A DNA stretch of 64,000 nucleotides from Trichoplax adhaerens (lineage: Eukaryota; Animalia; Placozoa): assembly GCF_000150275.1 (NCBI RefSeq), contig NW_002060943.1, positions 408,353-472,352 on the forward strand, read 5' to 3'. The translations under genes and the position numbers were made by a program. The notes under the pieces were generated by a model that worked only from the letters and a program-made list of their open reading frames with translations, did not search any database and was not told the DNA's origin. Positions 37,461-52,100 of the stretch are shown piece by piece. Positions within the stretch are counted from its first letter, which is position 1. Each line of letters starts with the position of its first letter.

Positions 37461-38980
37461 ATTCATATCTTTGTCATTGTTCACTACAGTACAGTATACA
37501 GTGTACAGTCCATTCCTTTACAATGCATAGTACAGTACTGTACAGTGTACAGTACGGTATATCGCGGTACGGTAGCAAGTTGCCGTTTGAGACGTTCCAA
37601 CAGTCCAGTACTCCAGGATTCCAAACAGGGAGTCAAAATCTGAAAGGGACAGTACAGAATGCAGTATAGTCTTCTGTCATGGTCGATATCCCAAGTTAAC
37701 CAAGCGTTATTCGAACCCCCATTTTTTCAGCATAGCAGAGATTCATTAGCTAGCACGAAAAATGCCCAATTGAAGATAAAAACCATATCATTAAAACTAC
37801 CTACTTCCACTGTTTTAGTGTAGATGATATAGATATGTCACCCCGATAGATCATGATACAAATAAAAGCAACCCATTGGGGTGGATCTTGAGATTGACTA
37901 GCGCGATACTTTTCATCAAATGCACCTCTCGCTTTACTATTAGTGAATTGACTTTATTCAAGGTTGTACTGTACATACATTAGCACAGTCATTGAATGAT
38001 CGTGTAAAGCAATGTCGAACAGGTCTTCAGACTTTCCTTTTTATCCGATTTTAGCTGGAATAGTAACGGATCGTTTTGTAACTTAGCTGCGTCGTACTAT
38101 ACAAATATTCAAGTTGACTCCATTCCGAGACACGACACAAACAAGCATTTTGATAATATAAACATGTTAACAATTTGTAATCTACGATTATTACAACTTA
38201 CAACTGATCTATCATGATGATAATTATCAGATATGACATTACGCTATGGTTAGGACTTAGTGTATTAGTGTTACGATACACACATTGGGATGATTATTCA
38301 CGACACCGCCTATTCCAAGATTGGAACAGTAAATCCTGGTATTGCCTTCCAGTCAATCGTGTCACGCAACAATGGCACATACAACGTATTCGTTAAGAAT
38401 CAAGGACTGTCTGCTCATTAATAATACATGAAAGAGTAAAATAACCGTATAGCAGTCATTCGGTTTCAATCCGTCATCGATAACAATTATTTTTGGAGTA
38501 TGGGAAGGCTGAGCACAGGAAAGCCTATGATTCGCATTATTCAAACGGTGACGATGTTAATCTCTTGACGAAAAGATTAAAGTCCCGTTGCATGAATTGC
38601 AACATCATTTATCCTTTTTAATCTTTTATGCGCGTATACAAGTAAACACATACTATCAGTCGGTGACGAGTAAAAATAGAATCTTACTAATATCCTACTA
38701 TTCGTATTCTTTATACGTATGTCCCCAGTAATAAGTACGTATTTTTACCATTGCTCACTGTAAGCAATTCATGCATGCACAGACATTGTTGTTCAGAATT
38801 AGAATATTATAAACCAGCTATCTTATCCATGACTTCTAATTGGACTATATTTAAATAATGAATACGTTTACGCCATCAATATTGTTTAATCACCATGATT
38901 CAATTTTTACGTATTTACAATGGCCGCTCTAAAGAGGTTTTTGATATCTTCTTTATTATTGCTACTGCTTAGCAATTATA

Positions 38981-39114
38981 CTAGAAATTTTAAATACAGC
39001 AATACAGTATGTCGAAAGACGCTAAAATTGCTCAATCTACATTTTTACTAGAAATTCAAAATACAGGAATACAGTATGTCTAGAGACGCTAAAATTACTC
39101 AATCTACATTTTTA
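38981..39114. repeat. Tandem duplication of ~67 bp
   Basis: CTAGAAATT..AAATACAG.AATACAGTATGTC...AGACGCTAAAATT..CTCAATCTACATTTTTA occurs twice in succession. Confidence 0.85.
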
Positions 39115-42019
39115 TCATTTCATTCATTACAATATGCTCGCAATAGTTTACTAAATATTGTCACTTTCGGCCAACCGTATCAATCCTATTAAACCTCAAA
39201 TAAGATAATTTACTATTTTATATAGTTTTTATACAATAGTACGCGATATTCACAAGGCAAGTCTTCAGTATGACCGCTTGTATACCATTCAGGCTATTAA
39301 AATTGAAACTGATTCTTTTATTATTAATGTTAAATGTCTTAGTGCTATAAATAACTACTAATTGAATCAATCTCGCTCGATATCGGTGTCGTTTATAAAA
39401 TCATTGCATTACAGCAAGTGCGTGCATGCTAGTATTTTGATGTAATTACTAAGTAACAATATATTTTATAAAATAATATTCAAACACTCACAAAGAGTAA
39501 GTTTACTTAATGCTTATTCAAAATCTGTACTTGTAATTATCTTTTTGTTTATGCATATGATCACAATTCTCAATTTGAAATCGATAAAATTGATTATAGT
39601 CATTCGATTGAATTGTTTGGCAATTATATTCTCAATGATGTAGCTAATTTATCTAAACGCCTTCTAGTATTGCTGGAACGAAAATTTATCACTTATTGTT
39701 ACAAAAATATATGTTATTCTCAAATTTTTCTTCTTACGTAGATTGACTATAGTGTTTATTCTTCTATTTATGTAGCAAATGTTGTTTATTCGTATTTCAT
39801 TATTCACATTCCATGTTGACTTTCTACGCCTTCATGAAATTGCAAAGAAAGGATGTATCCGCTAAATTTAAAATTGCTAAAGTGGATACTAATTAACTAT
39901 TATTAATTAAAGATAAATCAAACTTCTACTTATGATGCCTTATGTGCAATGCACTGTATTCTATTTATTAAACGTATTTTACCGTAAATCAATTGTGGAT
40001 CATGTTTTCTTAATAATGAATCAATGTTTTCATGTTTATGATTAACCACCGTAGCTATTTATCGTAGGATTTGATCACTAAAGATTTCCTTTCCATTTTA
40101 AGAATTTATCTTGTTTGAGTAGGAACTAAATGAAAATATTACATCTCGTGACCTTATCTGGCATAGTGCAGCTTTTCAATTTGATTTTTCTTGCCTTGTC
40201 TGTGACTGGTGAATAACCATTTAAGCGGTACATATATGATTATAGTTACTACAGAAATTTTACAATCGGTTATTTATTAATCTCTGCGATATCAAATGAT
40301 AAGTAATAATATGGATTCGTCATTCCTCAAAGTGAGAAATGACATTAATACTGTACGTACTTGCCTGATATTTACGCAAATGAGATAAATAAAAGAAATT
40401 GTCGTGATCATTGCCATCACATCTCAATTTTCAATTCCGCTTTCTTATTAAAAATTAATAAAACGCACCGTATTCATCATTAAGTAGCGCAGGCAGTAAT
40501 AAAAAATAGTAAATAACAAACGTGTATACTAAATAATTCATAATTAATGATAAAATGCGTAAATGCGTCGAAATATATCCTTAATCTTACGGATTTCAAT
40601 TAAGTGACGTATGCTACGAGTATAAAGCACGGTAATTATGGTACACTGCTGTAAGTACAATATACCATTGTACATTTTTTGGTTGCATATATTATTTACG
40701 ATCAGCAAAAAACAATTTTATACCGTTATCTTGTCATACTACATTATTCCGTAATCACATCTTTTTATATTTTAAGGATGATGAATGGTATTTGTACTAA
40801 AATTCAGCGACGGAAATTGAGAGATAACACAATTTATTGATAACTGAATATTTGCCTATAATGAGCATAATAACGACTAACTGTGCTTATTCGTCGTAAT
40901 AATCACACTCTGGTAATGCCAGGTCATGTAAGCGAAAGAGAATTTGTACATCATATGATTTTAATTTATAGATAGCAAAATAGATCGAGATAAATACGCG
41001 CCTTCTATTTCGTTCTAATTGTCTTGAATTCGGTGTCATATCGGTATTTTAATACTGTTATGATCCTGCGAGTATAGTGTCTACGTATACTCATGTGCTA
41101 TTTTCAGATGCTACGAAAATCAATAATCAAGTACAGCAATTTACAGTAAAGTTTGGTTGGTGATTTACAAATTCTCACTTTAAAAAATCTTCAGTGCAGT
41201 GACCCATCTTTAAATATCGCATAAAACTTGCATAGTATGGTAAGTTTTGCTCTTATTTCTTGTTAAAAATTTTAAGGTTACCAAAAGAGTAGTACTAACT
41301 GGTACTATGCTAGAGACCGTAACGAAATGAATAAAACAATTCCTTAAAGCACTGGGACAGAGAATAATTGACTAGCATCATGCTTTACATTTGTATTTAG
41401 TCTATCTTCATAAGCAATACCTTTGAAGGTGCGTACTTATACTAATAAATGATAGTATTTTAGTGTAGCAATAAAGTGTTGAACGTTACATACGTTCAGG
41501 AAAGCATTGCAAGCTTAAAATACCTTCTATTTCTTTTACTTAATTAATCAACTACCGTATTACGCACTTTCCATTCGAATAAAAATTTTAATCCAAGTCC
41601 ATAAAATACTAGTTAACAGGGCTATTCTACTGCATGTTTCTAATTAATGTACGTTGCAATCTATGAATTGTGACTTTATAACTGGAAGGTATTTTGAACG
41701 TCATTACAGCTAACTTTCATGGGCTTTCCAATGTCAATATAGACTGATACAGGGCAACAACAGCAGCTATAAAATTACCGTTAAATCGGGGATTGTCTAC
41801 AGTACCTCAAGTGAATTGCTTAGTCCTCGAATAGAGAGTTGATCATAAGCTGTACATGATGCGAAAGAAACAACTGGATAATAATTCTCTTACACAACCT
41901 TCCGGTTTAGTAACACGAGTCCAATATAGGAAAAACTACGGTACTGCTACAAGCAAATAAGTAAACGGTCACAGGGCAGTATAATAGTACTGTACATAAA
42001 ATTTTCTTTACCATCTGAA

Positions 42020-42395
42020 TCCTTTATTACTATATATATAAAACAACTTTATTAGTATGTGATGTGTACCGGTAGTTAGTTAATTAATATGGATACTTTT
42101 AGATATTGTACGACTTATGGCATTAATTTATTTAATGAGTAAGTAATTACTAAAGGATTAATTAAGATTTTATATAAAAAAGGCATTTAAGTAATTAACT
42201 TATACCTAAAGCTTAAAGTATGTCACCTACTATAACGCAATAAATTCCATTCGCTTTATAGATCGTTATTAGTATTTAATATTTAAATCATTGAAAAAAT
42301 TCAAGTTTTCTGACAGGTCTATCAAATGGTAATACTATCTGTTAAATGAGCACATTATCGTAAACCGTCAGCAAAGCGACGGGAGTTTGCACTAG
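42020..42395 (+). mobile_element. Probable non-autonomous Helitron (~376 bp)
   Basis: 3' end: GC-rich hairpin CCGTC-AGCAAAGC-GACGG (42365-42382), 9 nt, then CTAG|T (42392-42396). Candidate 5' end A|TCCTTTATTACTATATATATAAAAC at 42020. The A|T insertion site without TSD fits Helitrons; the 5' boundary is tentative. Confidence 0.6.
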
Positions 42396-43129
42396 TACCT
42401 ATTATATCATTCAATGCACCCTTTGATATTATTAGATCGCTAAATATGTTATTAAAGTTAATTCTTGGAATTATATAGTAATATTCCGTGTTGATCTGAT
42501 TATATCTTACTTATCGGAATCCTAAATATCAGGAAGTAGTTATTAATAAAATTTCTATTAGTATATCTGTACAATCAAAGAAATATTTTTTATGGACGAA
42601 TTTCCTGAAAGTTTTTAGCAAAGTTTCCTAAGGATATTATGGTCGCTGCGGAAGCGGAAAGATATACCGTACTAAATTCACAGCTATCGCCATATTTAAT
42701 GGCTACAATCACTTAACGGTACCATAATTACGATGTAACTAAATAAATCGCTATTACATTGTTAACTTTCTTTTATTTTCTGTTATTACCATATCCATAT
42801 TACCAGACGTTATGAAATTTTCTAAGGTTGCCTAATGTAAGTATACGATCATCATTTGTTGTTGTCAAATTTAATGCCAGTCTTATACGTGGGCGAACAA
42901 ATGGAATTAAATTAATTGGATGTTGTGAATGTTTTATCATTCGTTCAACAAGCTAACTGGGATGCAAGATAATCATATATCAATCAAAGTATTGTCAAAT
43001 TAATTCTATTGCATGTAAATAACATTATTGATAACAAGGAAAGGATATCGCTAAGTAATTGTCCTTTATGCCAATAACAAACAACTATTTATCGAGTAGC
43101 CTAAACATTTCTTTACGCTCCTTGTGCTT

Positions 43130-43327
43130 TTCAAATTTATTATATTTGATTTCTTGCCAATATATTTACGATTATGAGATTCGCACAAAATTTCAAATTG
43201 ATTATATTTGATTTCTTGCCAATAAATAAATTTACGATTATGAGAGAGATTCGCACAAAATTTCAAATTGATTATATTTGATTTCTTGCCAATATGTTTA
43301 CGATTATGAGAGAGATTCGCACAAAAT
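43130..43327. repeat. Tandem repeat, 3 units of ~61-70 bp
   Basis: TTCAAATT.ATTATATTTGATTTCTTGCCAATA...TTTACGATTATGAGA(GAGA)TTCGCACAAAAT x3. Confidence 0.9.
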
Positions 43328-45646
43328 AGATATCCTAACTGAATGAATATTTTGTCCTATTCCTAAGCTACTTCATTACTAGTTTCGCGTGATTTTAATT
43401 CAATTTTTCTTGTAATTTATCAAGACGAACAAATCAAAGTAATTTAAACACAATTTCATATTAGCATGGAGAGCAAAAAAATATTTATTACTAATAAAAT
43501 CAAGATTTATAATTAAACGATACGTTAACACACTTTGGAGCTTGGATATCTTTCTTTTAGGTATCGGAAAGGATGTTAATTGAAAGAAAATGTTCAATAA
43601 GGAAAGGAGCTGGTACAATAAGAATTCATTTCATACATGACGGAGCACGGACTGTAAGGAAGGAGTTTATTGATATTTCTGTCATCTTTGTAGTGGTAAG
43701 GTTAAAGGTTACAATTTATGATTGCCGGTATCTTTGCTTAACATGATTTCAGTAGAAAATATTCCAAACAAAAACAAAAATCGATTAAGTAGCCGAAAGA
43801 AATATCGGCAGTAGTAACAATGCTTACTTATGATACCTACATCATGCTTTAAGGAAATATGCTAAGGTAATAACAAAATGAACAGATGGTATTGAAATTT
43901 TAAAGTAGAGTTAAGAATGAAAACTTGAATCTTTGATGGCAAAGTTGTAATTACTAATTGTACAAGGATCATATACGCGTCCATGTTACCGCATGCTCGT
44001 ATCCTTTCCCTTTTCATTCAGGATTTTCAATTATGGATAAATTTCCTTTATCGATATTAGCAAGTATTCCAAGCTATCTAAAAATGTAAATAGAATTGTA
44101 TTTGATACCACAAATGAAGATGATTGAAATTAATATATAAACGCATGCAGCATATATCCATATAAATGAGATAATGCTACATGTTGTTTTTGAATCGCTT
44201 TCTAATTGAAGTGACAAAGAAAATAGATGAATGAATAGAGTCTTGTGATTTCAGCTTTGCTAATGAATACGTTACTACTTTCACTATCTTAAAAAGGAAT
44301 ATAATTTATGGATTCTACGTCCGTGTTCATTATCAGTCTACAGCAAAGGAATTTATTACAGGCAACGGTTCCAGTTGATTTATCAGGGACTGAATGATTG
44401 CAGTGTCTATGCATACCTTTATGGGTGGTGCATGCCTATTATGTAATAATGAATGGATTCTACCGCTATATGGTTGATAGCTTTACTACAATCAATATCG
44501 ATGATATTGTGGTATACTTGATATCAATCTATAAATATAGATATTTCAGGTTTTTCGCTGCAAATACCAGTCTATCGTGTACCATGGATAACTATTGTGG
44601 CTGATGGAAGCAAATTTCCTGTTCACTTTGAGCAGTGATCTTATATTATCCGTCTAAATGAATATTGGCGGCGTTTATGTATACCCACACAAGCGTTTAA
44701 TAGTCCTTCCGACTCTGTTAATCTTGATCTATTCTTAGATATTATAATTTATACTTTTACCGCTTTACCAATTGTAATATTACGGTGTTTAGTTTAATAC
44801 AATGTAGTCTATTATTCACAAGTTAGTTCTACTTTGGAAAGAGTAATACAGTAGCAATTAGAAGCTTTAATTGAAGGTGGATCCATTCTATTCCGGTTTT
44901 ATTCAGCTTGGCTGAATGTATGATAAAATTGCACTGTGTCATTTTTTTGTATCAATCGATTTACTCCATTGATGCTATTCATGCCATCAGTGTAAAAGCT
45001 ATTGGAGATGCTCTACTGGTTTGACCAATATACTGAGTTGGTTGATTCTATGGCAGAAAATAAGATACAGCTTTGGACAAGAAAAATATTTTTTCAAGCC
45101 TTATGATCATCATCAGAGATGGGCAATACTAGTGTCTACAACCCAAATTGGCTTTAGCATCCCATCTGAAAGTTAAAATGCTTCTTTCAACAATGTCCTG
45201 ACGAGTGTCATTCACCGTTGACTGATCTGCTCTAACTGAGGTGAATAGAATTGGCTGACTTGCTGACGGATGACTCTTGAGGACATCCTCGCTATTGTCA
45301 TAGATTGAGGGTGAAGTGAAAATGGTTCATTTAAACAATGTTATCTATCATTACAGTCGTTCGTCGCTGACCCGCTAAATAGAATTGGCTGAGCTGCTGA
45401 CGGATGGTCACTCTGGATGACACACCGTCATCTTTCTTTAACCAATCAAAATCGTTCTTTTAGGCGTCCATATCACAACTGTTTCACTCTAAAAGTGTCC
45501 CCCCTCCAAAAATGAACACTACCATTGAGACTACTATGGACTTCACTTGGTGTTTTGTTCCACAATGACATCTCTATTTTTACTGAATTATTACTGAGAT
45601 CCTTTCTATTCCTTCCATACTTTGAATATCAATTTATTCTAACTAT

Positions 45647-46547
45647 GAATTTTCTTATGAAGAAGAGAATCATTCTAGTCGATTAGGATAAGATTATAAG
45701 ATCTTATGAGAATCTTATAATCTTATAAGTATTAAGATCTTATGAATTTTCTTATGAAGAAGAGAATCATTCTAGTCGATTAGGATAAGATCATAAGATC
45801 TTATGAGAATCTTATAATCTTATAAGTATTAAGATCTTATGAATTTTCTTATAAAGAACAGAATCATTCTAGTCGATTAGGATAAGATCATAAGATCTTA
45901 TGAGAATCTTATAATCTTATAAGTATTAAGATCTTATGAATTTTCTTATGAAGAAGAGAATCATTCTAGTCGATTAGGATAAGATCATAAGATCTTATGA
46001 GAATCTTATAATCTTATAAGTATTAAGATCTTATGAATTTTCTTATAAAGAACAGAATCATTCTAGTCGATTAGGATAATAGAGATCAAATGAATTTTCT
46101 TATGAAGAAGAGAATCATTCTAGTCGATTAGGATAATATAAATCAAATGAATTTTCTTTTGAAGAAGAGAATCATTCTAGTCGATTAGGATAATAGAGAT
46201 CAAATGAATTTTCTTATGGAGAACAGAATCATTCTAGTCGATTAGGATAATATAAATCAAATGAATTTTCTTATGGAGAACAGAATCATTCTCGTCGATT
46301 AGGATAATATAAATCAAATGAATTTTCTTATGGAGAACAGAATCATTCTCGTCGATTAGGATAATACAGATCAAATGAATTTTCTTATGGAGAACAGAAT
46401 CATTCTAGTCGATTAGGATAATATAGATCAAATAAATTTTCTTATGAAGAAGAGAATCATTCTAGTTGATTAGGATAATATAGATCAAATGAATTTTCTT
46501 ATGGAGAAGAGAATCATTCTAGTCGATTAGGATAACATAAATCAAAT
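45647..46547. repeat. Bipartite minisatellite: 4 x 97 bp then 9 x 57 bp, sharing a 45-bp core
   Basis: Core GAATTTTCTTATGAAGAAGAGAATCATTCTAGTCGATTAGGATAA at 45647, 45744, 45841, 45938 and 46035 (period 97), then 46092, 46149 ... 46491 (period 57). Stop codons occur in all six frames of the core. Confidence 0.95.
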
Positions 46548-49049
46548 ATGTCAATTGTAGAATATGGAAATTATACGATGAAAACATGGCCATCTCTCTT
46601 AACTTACAGAATATAGCAATTGTTAGATTCTTTTCCAAATGTACAATTAGTAGATATTTTTAGCTCATTTTTATTCAATAACTGTAACAAGGATAATAAA
46701 AGGGATTAAAAATCCAATAAAAAAAGTATTCAATCTCTATTCTACCTAGCTAATAATAGAGAAAGAGTGCTGTATGGACTGAAATTGAGCGTGTCAAACG
46801 AAGAAAACCTAATTTATTAGTCATCTTTGGATGTTTTTTTTGTCAGTATTGCATTGATTAGATTACTCAAGTCATTTAGAATGATGGATAACATAAGGCA
46901 TAAATAATACGGAAACAATGCCAGCACTTCCTTGAAATCAATTTGGAATGAGCATTATTTCTCATTATGGGAAGCAAAAATGAATTTACCATGATCATCG
47001 ATAGAGCAATATGCATTATTGAGATTCCTACAAGGTTAACGTTTAGGTAGATTCTTAATGTATTCCTGTGGTGTCTTTGTATCTTTTACCGTATAAAAAG
47101 TTAGAAAACTTATTTTATAGCAAATTCTTAAAGATTAGGTTTGGCATGAAGGAGATACGCTAGGGAGGGGAATAAAGTGATTGTACTAGTCTTTTTTTTT
47201 TTTTGAAGGGGGCAGAAACATATGTTGGCAATTTCCCGTGGATTTATTTCCCGCTTGTTATATGTTCTTCCTCTAATCGTACACTGTATGTGATGGAACG
47301 CTAACTACATTCTTCAATGCTCTTGTATGACTGTCTATTCGATGATCAATTTCATTATCATCCAAATGCTTAATTATCATGAAAGGACTATTTAATATTA
47401 TCCCGTAATCTATCTTCCTTTGATAATCTAATCATGTTATACGGTATTTTTTTATGTGCTTAATTATCAGTATAATGATGGTGTAGACAAGCTATTGATT
47501 GATATTTGTTTACCTTCTATCGGCTATTTGTTTTGAAAAAAAGGCAAGTTTAAGCTACATACGGCAGCATAGAATCATTATTTAATTTACTTATTAATCA
47601 TGTTAAAATATCGGAAATTTAACATCCTAAATTATTTTGAAAATCTTGCAGCTTAATTTATAATGCAGTTGAACAGCAAACTTTGCTATTGATAATTCAT
47701 GTGTGGGTGGTAAAAAGTTGAAAGAATCTTTCATTTTTTCCGATAGATGAACAAAAATTGGACATTCTTCACAAATAAAAATTAACCAAAATTGAACATA
47801 TCGTAGGTGGGTATTTAAATCATTTTCATTCCTAAAATAATAGCCCCTTGAAATCAACTATTTTTGTCAAATTTGTGAGTTTACGGTACTTCTATTGGGG
47901 CAATAAAAATCCTTTTTGTACATTGTTACACTCTTAGTAATATACTCTTTATTGTTGATGATAATTTTTCCATACCGGTGTTAAATTTAGATCATAGTGA
48001 TAGTAATGAATTCTATCTTAACGAAAGATATTATTCTAAATTTATACGTAGCAATGATATACAATAAGAAAATACGTTAGTATCAACTAAGGCATTAAAA
48101 GCTACTAAAATAATCAAAATATTAATTACTGATTTATTCAATACAGACTACTTTTAGATAAAAAAGAATGAAGCATAAGCAGACAATCAATTTATAAATA
48201 AATGCTTGGATATTATTTGTTCATTCGCCTATGGATGATAAAAAATCTTGTAGCCTTCCTTTTTTGTTACTTTGAACGAATAAATGAAGAGTCTGAGTTA
48301 AACACAGAGAAATATTGTCATCCACTTGACGAATTTCCAGTATTATCTCGATCAAAATAACTTATATTTTCTTCTATTCAAAGTATGGGCATGGTTAGCG
48401 ATGAATAGCTGCAACATGTATCTTTTTTAATGGGGTAGACTATACTCAAGGTTATTCAATACGTATAAATTCAATGCAATAATTACCGTTCTATTAACAC
48501 TGTATCATCCAAAAGATACAGATGTACCTTATGCGGTAGTTGTTAGCATGGATAACATTGAAAACTACTGAAACTAATTTTCGCTATTAGTAAAGGAAAT
48601 AGGGGATGACCCAAATAGGATACCAATAGTACCAGTATTCCATTATTACCATATTACGATGTAAAGTCATAAGCGTGTCAAATAAATATTGTTTTCATCA
48701 CCGGTAGTGATGGAAATCATCAATCAAAATTCGACTCAATTGTGAATTATGACTATCATCCTACGCATCATGAATATGTGCGAGAAATACAAATGTCGGA
48801 AGTTTTTCCTTATTTTTATATACCATAATAAAAAATTGACTGTATATGTAGTCAATCTTTCATATTTTATTCATCAATCCTATCTTATTGTTCATTACTT
48901 TGTTATTGTAACTCTTTCTCGCTACCGTAGATCTATAATAGTGAAATATCAAAACAAGCAATGGTCAATTTCTAGTATTTAAATTTATCTAGCCATTGTT
49001 TGCATGCCTACCACAACTTTGAACAATAATCTGCTACTGGACTGAAAGG

Positions 49050-49058
49050 TATATATAG
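49050..49058 (+). promoter_or_regulatory. Candidate TATA box of the lectin-protease gene
   Basis: TATATATAG in GC-richer flanks (GAAAGG-TATATATAG-GTGGCG), ~148 bp upstream of ATG 49198. Confidence 0.4.
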
Positions 49059-49197
49059 GTGGCGATTTGATTAAAAATTTCGATCCATTTAACGGTATAC
49101 CAACGATTGGCTTAAAGCTAAAATCACTTTCAATCTCCGCCCTCTTCATTGATTATAAAGTCGTTATACGATATCATATATTTCTTAAATTAGAATC

Positions 49198-52100
49198 ATG
49201 CTATCCACGTTATCATTACTGACACCAGGCAGAATGTTACAGATTTGTGCTTGGATTGTATGTATACAAGTCCATGTTTGCTTTGGTCGTTCAGCTCAAA
49301 CAAGGTAAGTAAGACCGTAATTTCATATTTCGCTAAAATACGATATCATAAGGAGTAATCAATGTAAATTATTACAGACCATATGGAAGAGTTGTAGTAG
49401 ACACAAATCACTACAATTACTGAATAGCCATAATTATATCCTTGACAATATACAGTAATTTGTTTCTTAAATGTCGGTAATAAATGCTGTTATCTTTCCA
49501 TATACGCGGTCATCAATTTATCATTATACTAATTTCCAGGCAAAATAATATAATTTTACAGAATTTACTAAATGGAAGAATAATTTTAGACTTAAACAGA
49601 AAAAATACTGTACATCATCAGATTGATAAAGATCTTAAAATTCATCGCAGTTGAGGTTTTAATTTCATCAGTCTGGTGTTTAAAATTCTTTGTTTAATTT
49701 CTGATTTTAAAACTAAACATGAATAACTCTGTAGCTCAATGAACCAGTCAAACACTTCGCAATTTCTTAAATTAATGATAATCTATATAATTATTTATTA
49801 AATGCATTCATAACTACGTAGAGTTCTGGTCATTAGCATCAAATAATGATAAATGCAATTAACCTTTAATTTTAAATTTATTAGTCATACTGTAAGTTAG
49901 CAGCCCATTCTAGACAATTGATTACAGTATAATAATGGAAAACTTGCTAAAACTAAGGTTTCATTTCTAAATATAACGTACATCTCTAACGATAACTTCC
50001 TTCCTAACAAGATTAATTATTGTGTAATTAGTAATATTTTGTCAGCTAAGTGAAATTTGATGCATCAAAAATCTTTCGTTTAAAATCCATAGATGAAAGA
50101 GATATCACGGTACTGTATTGCTAAGTAATATGGATGTTTTAGTGAAGATTAATAAGATCTTGATACTCGTACTTTAAATCAAATAAAATAATAAATTAAC
50201 TTAGGTGATTGTGATTGCTATCACACTTAGAAATTTAGTATAAAGGCAGTAGTAAAAGACTTTGCGATGAAAGTTTTATAAGTTTTATTTTATAACTATC
50301 TCATCACACCCCTCAGTAGTCTATGAAAAGAGGAGAGAAAAAAATAAAAATGATTACATAGCCGTATGAAATAATATTATCATTCTTTCAGGTACAGATT
50401 AAAAAAATGACAGCTAAACAAAAGTAGTGACACTATCAGTGCAGCTTTGCAACATTTTGGATTATATTCGCTATGATTTCGATGGTCAATAGTAATGTAC
50501 TTTGAATACTTTTAGTTGTACAGGGTTCTCATTTCTGTTAACTAAAAAGAGAACTTCTTACTTGCGTATTAATTTATTAACGTGAAAATTTTTCATGAAA
50601 TGTTCTGTTATGATCAATGTCTATTTCGAACGGTCATAATAAATAGTGAATATGCCCCAGTAAAATATTTTAGGATATTGGATAAACTAATATAATTAGT
50701 TTTTGATTGAATATTATTGATAATACGAAATACATCTTTTCCGCCTAACTGTTAATGCCGCAAATGGAATATTAAAGTTATTAGAATGTTAAGCACTTAA
50801 TTCAATCTCATATCAGATGTATGCTGATATTCATAGCTGCAATTATTTATCGAGTAAATAGATCGTTGAGATAATTCTAGTTTGTGGGCATATTCATGCA
50901 CTTTTTAGCCTGACAAAACAGCATATATATCATTTAAAATAAGCATGCTATTTTTAATTATAAAAGCAAACAATAAGAAAGCAGGACTAAGATAACTGTA
51001 GCGTGGTACAACTTAAATACAGCTATTAATAATTTATTAAACTTCAGGTATTGATGATTTCAGTTTATAATTGAACCCATCTTTAACTATTTCCCGACAT
51101 TGCAACAATTGTCTGCGATGTAAATGCCAACATTGTTCACCAGTCGATGATCACAATTAAAAATGGTGTTATGATTAAACACCTTTTAATATTGTTTATA
51201 ATGCACTTCTTAGTTTAGTACTTTAATCTATCATGTGAACTGAGCGATAAAAATTGGCGATCGAAGCGTAACTATTTATTGTAAAGATATATCAGTAAAT
51301 TGAATTCTAATCCAAACAATTTTGCTTCCTTTTTATCTGTTCTGCTATAGTAATTTGAAAGCTGGTGTCCCTTCTTTAAGGATCCCGGAATATGATGGGC
51401 ATGACGATAGTACAAACAATTTATTCCTCGTAAGTTTTGGTTATTATAATCAATAAATAATATTGATACCCCAGTCTATAGCCTATAATAAATACGGGTA
51501 AATTAATTGAATAATTAATCTTTGAATTAAACAAATGGTAATGTCATCACCAAAGCATTCCGTAGACGTTGAATCGGCTAATACATTCTTAACTTGTCTT
51601 ATTACTTTAAAGGGAGAGTTAAATTATTTGATCGTAATGCTAATGCTTAGTGTTATCTGATGTGCGAATTTCTTTTATGGTGGCTAATTTCTCACAGTAC
51701 TGTAGTTGTTAATCATTTTATGAGCAAAAATAATTCATAATGATAAATTTATACTGCAGTCAGCTATGTATCGGGGGTGATATAAAGATAAAATTTTTTA
51801 CTTAACATATCAGACAATGATAGTCAACATCAACTCAATCGATTTCCTTCGCTTAGAGTACCATCAAGGGACGATTATTGTTTTCATGAGCATTAATTCC
51901 CGACAGATCGGGTAAAATTTTAGATGATTCTGGTAATATCCCGGTATTGCTTTGTCGTAATCGATATGAGTCTCAACATTAACAATATCAAATGGACGCC
52001 GCCGATGCTTGAAAAGGATTTCGATTACTAGTGAAAATAGAAAGTGTACATATTCCAGTAGAAAACAGTTTCATATTGTCAGTTTGATAGAAATTTGGAA

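Noticed and set aside
36313-37669. ORFs rich in TVQY/YSTV/CTVH (also 4811-5130, 13533-13982, 26529-26962, 61929-63140)
   Set aside because: They are translations of GTAC-rich tracts and tandem repeats, with no domain or splice support.
44343-44630. Serine-protease pseudogene (HTFMGGACLLCNNEWIL resembles CGGSLINNEWIL)
   Set aside because: Resemblance is short, with no AAHC or GDSGGP nearby and several stops; indistinguishable from chance.
45647-46547. CRISPR-like repeat-spacer array
   Set aside because: The linkers are near-identical rather than unique spacers, there are no cas genes, and the context is eukaryotic; it is a minisatellite.
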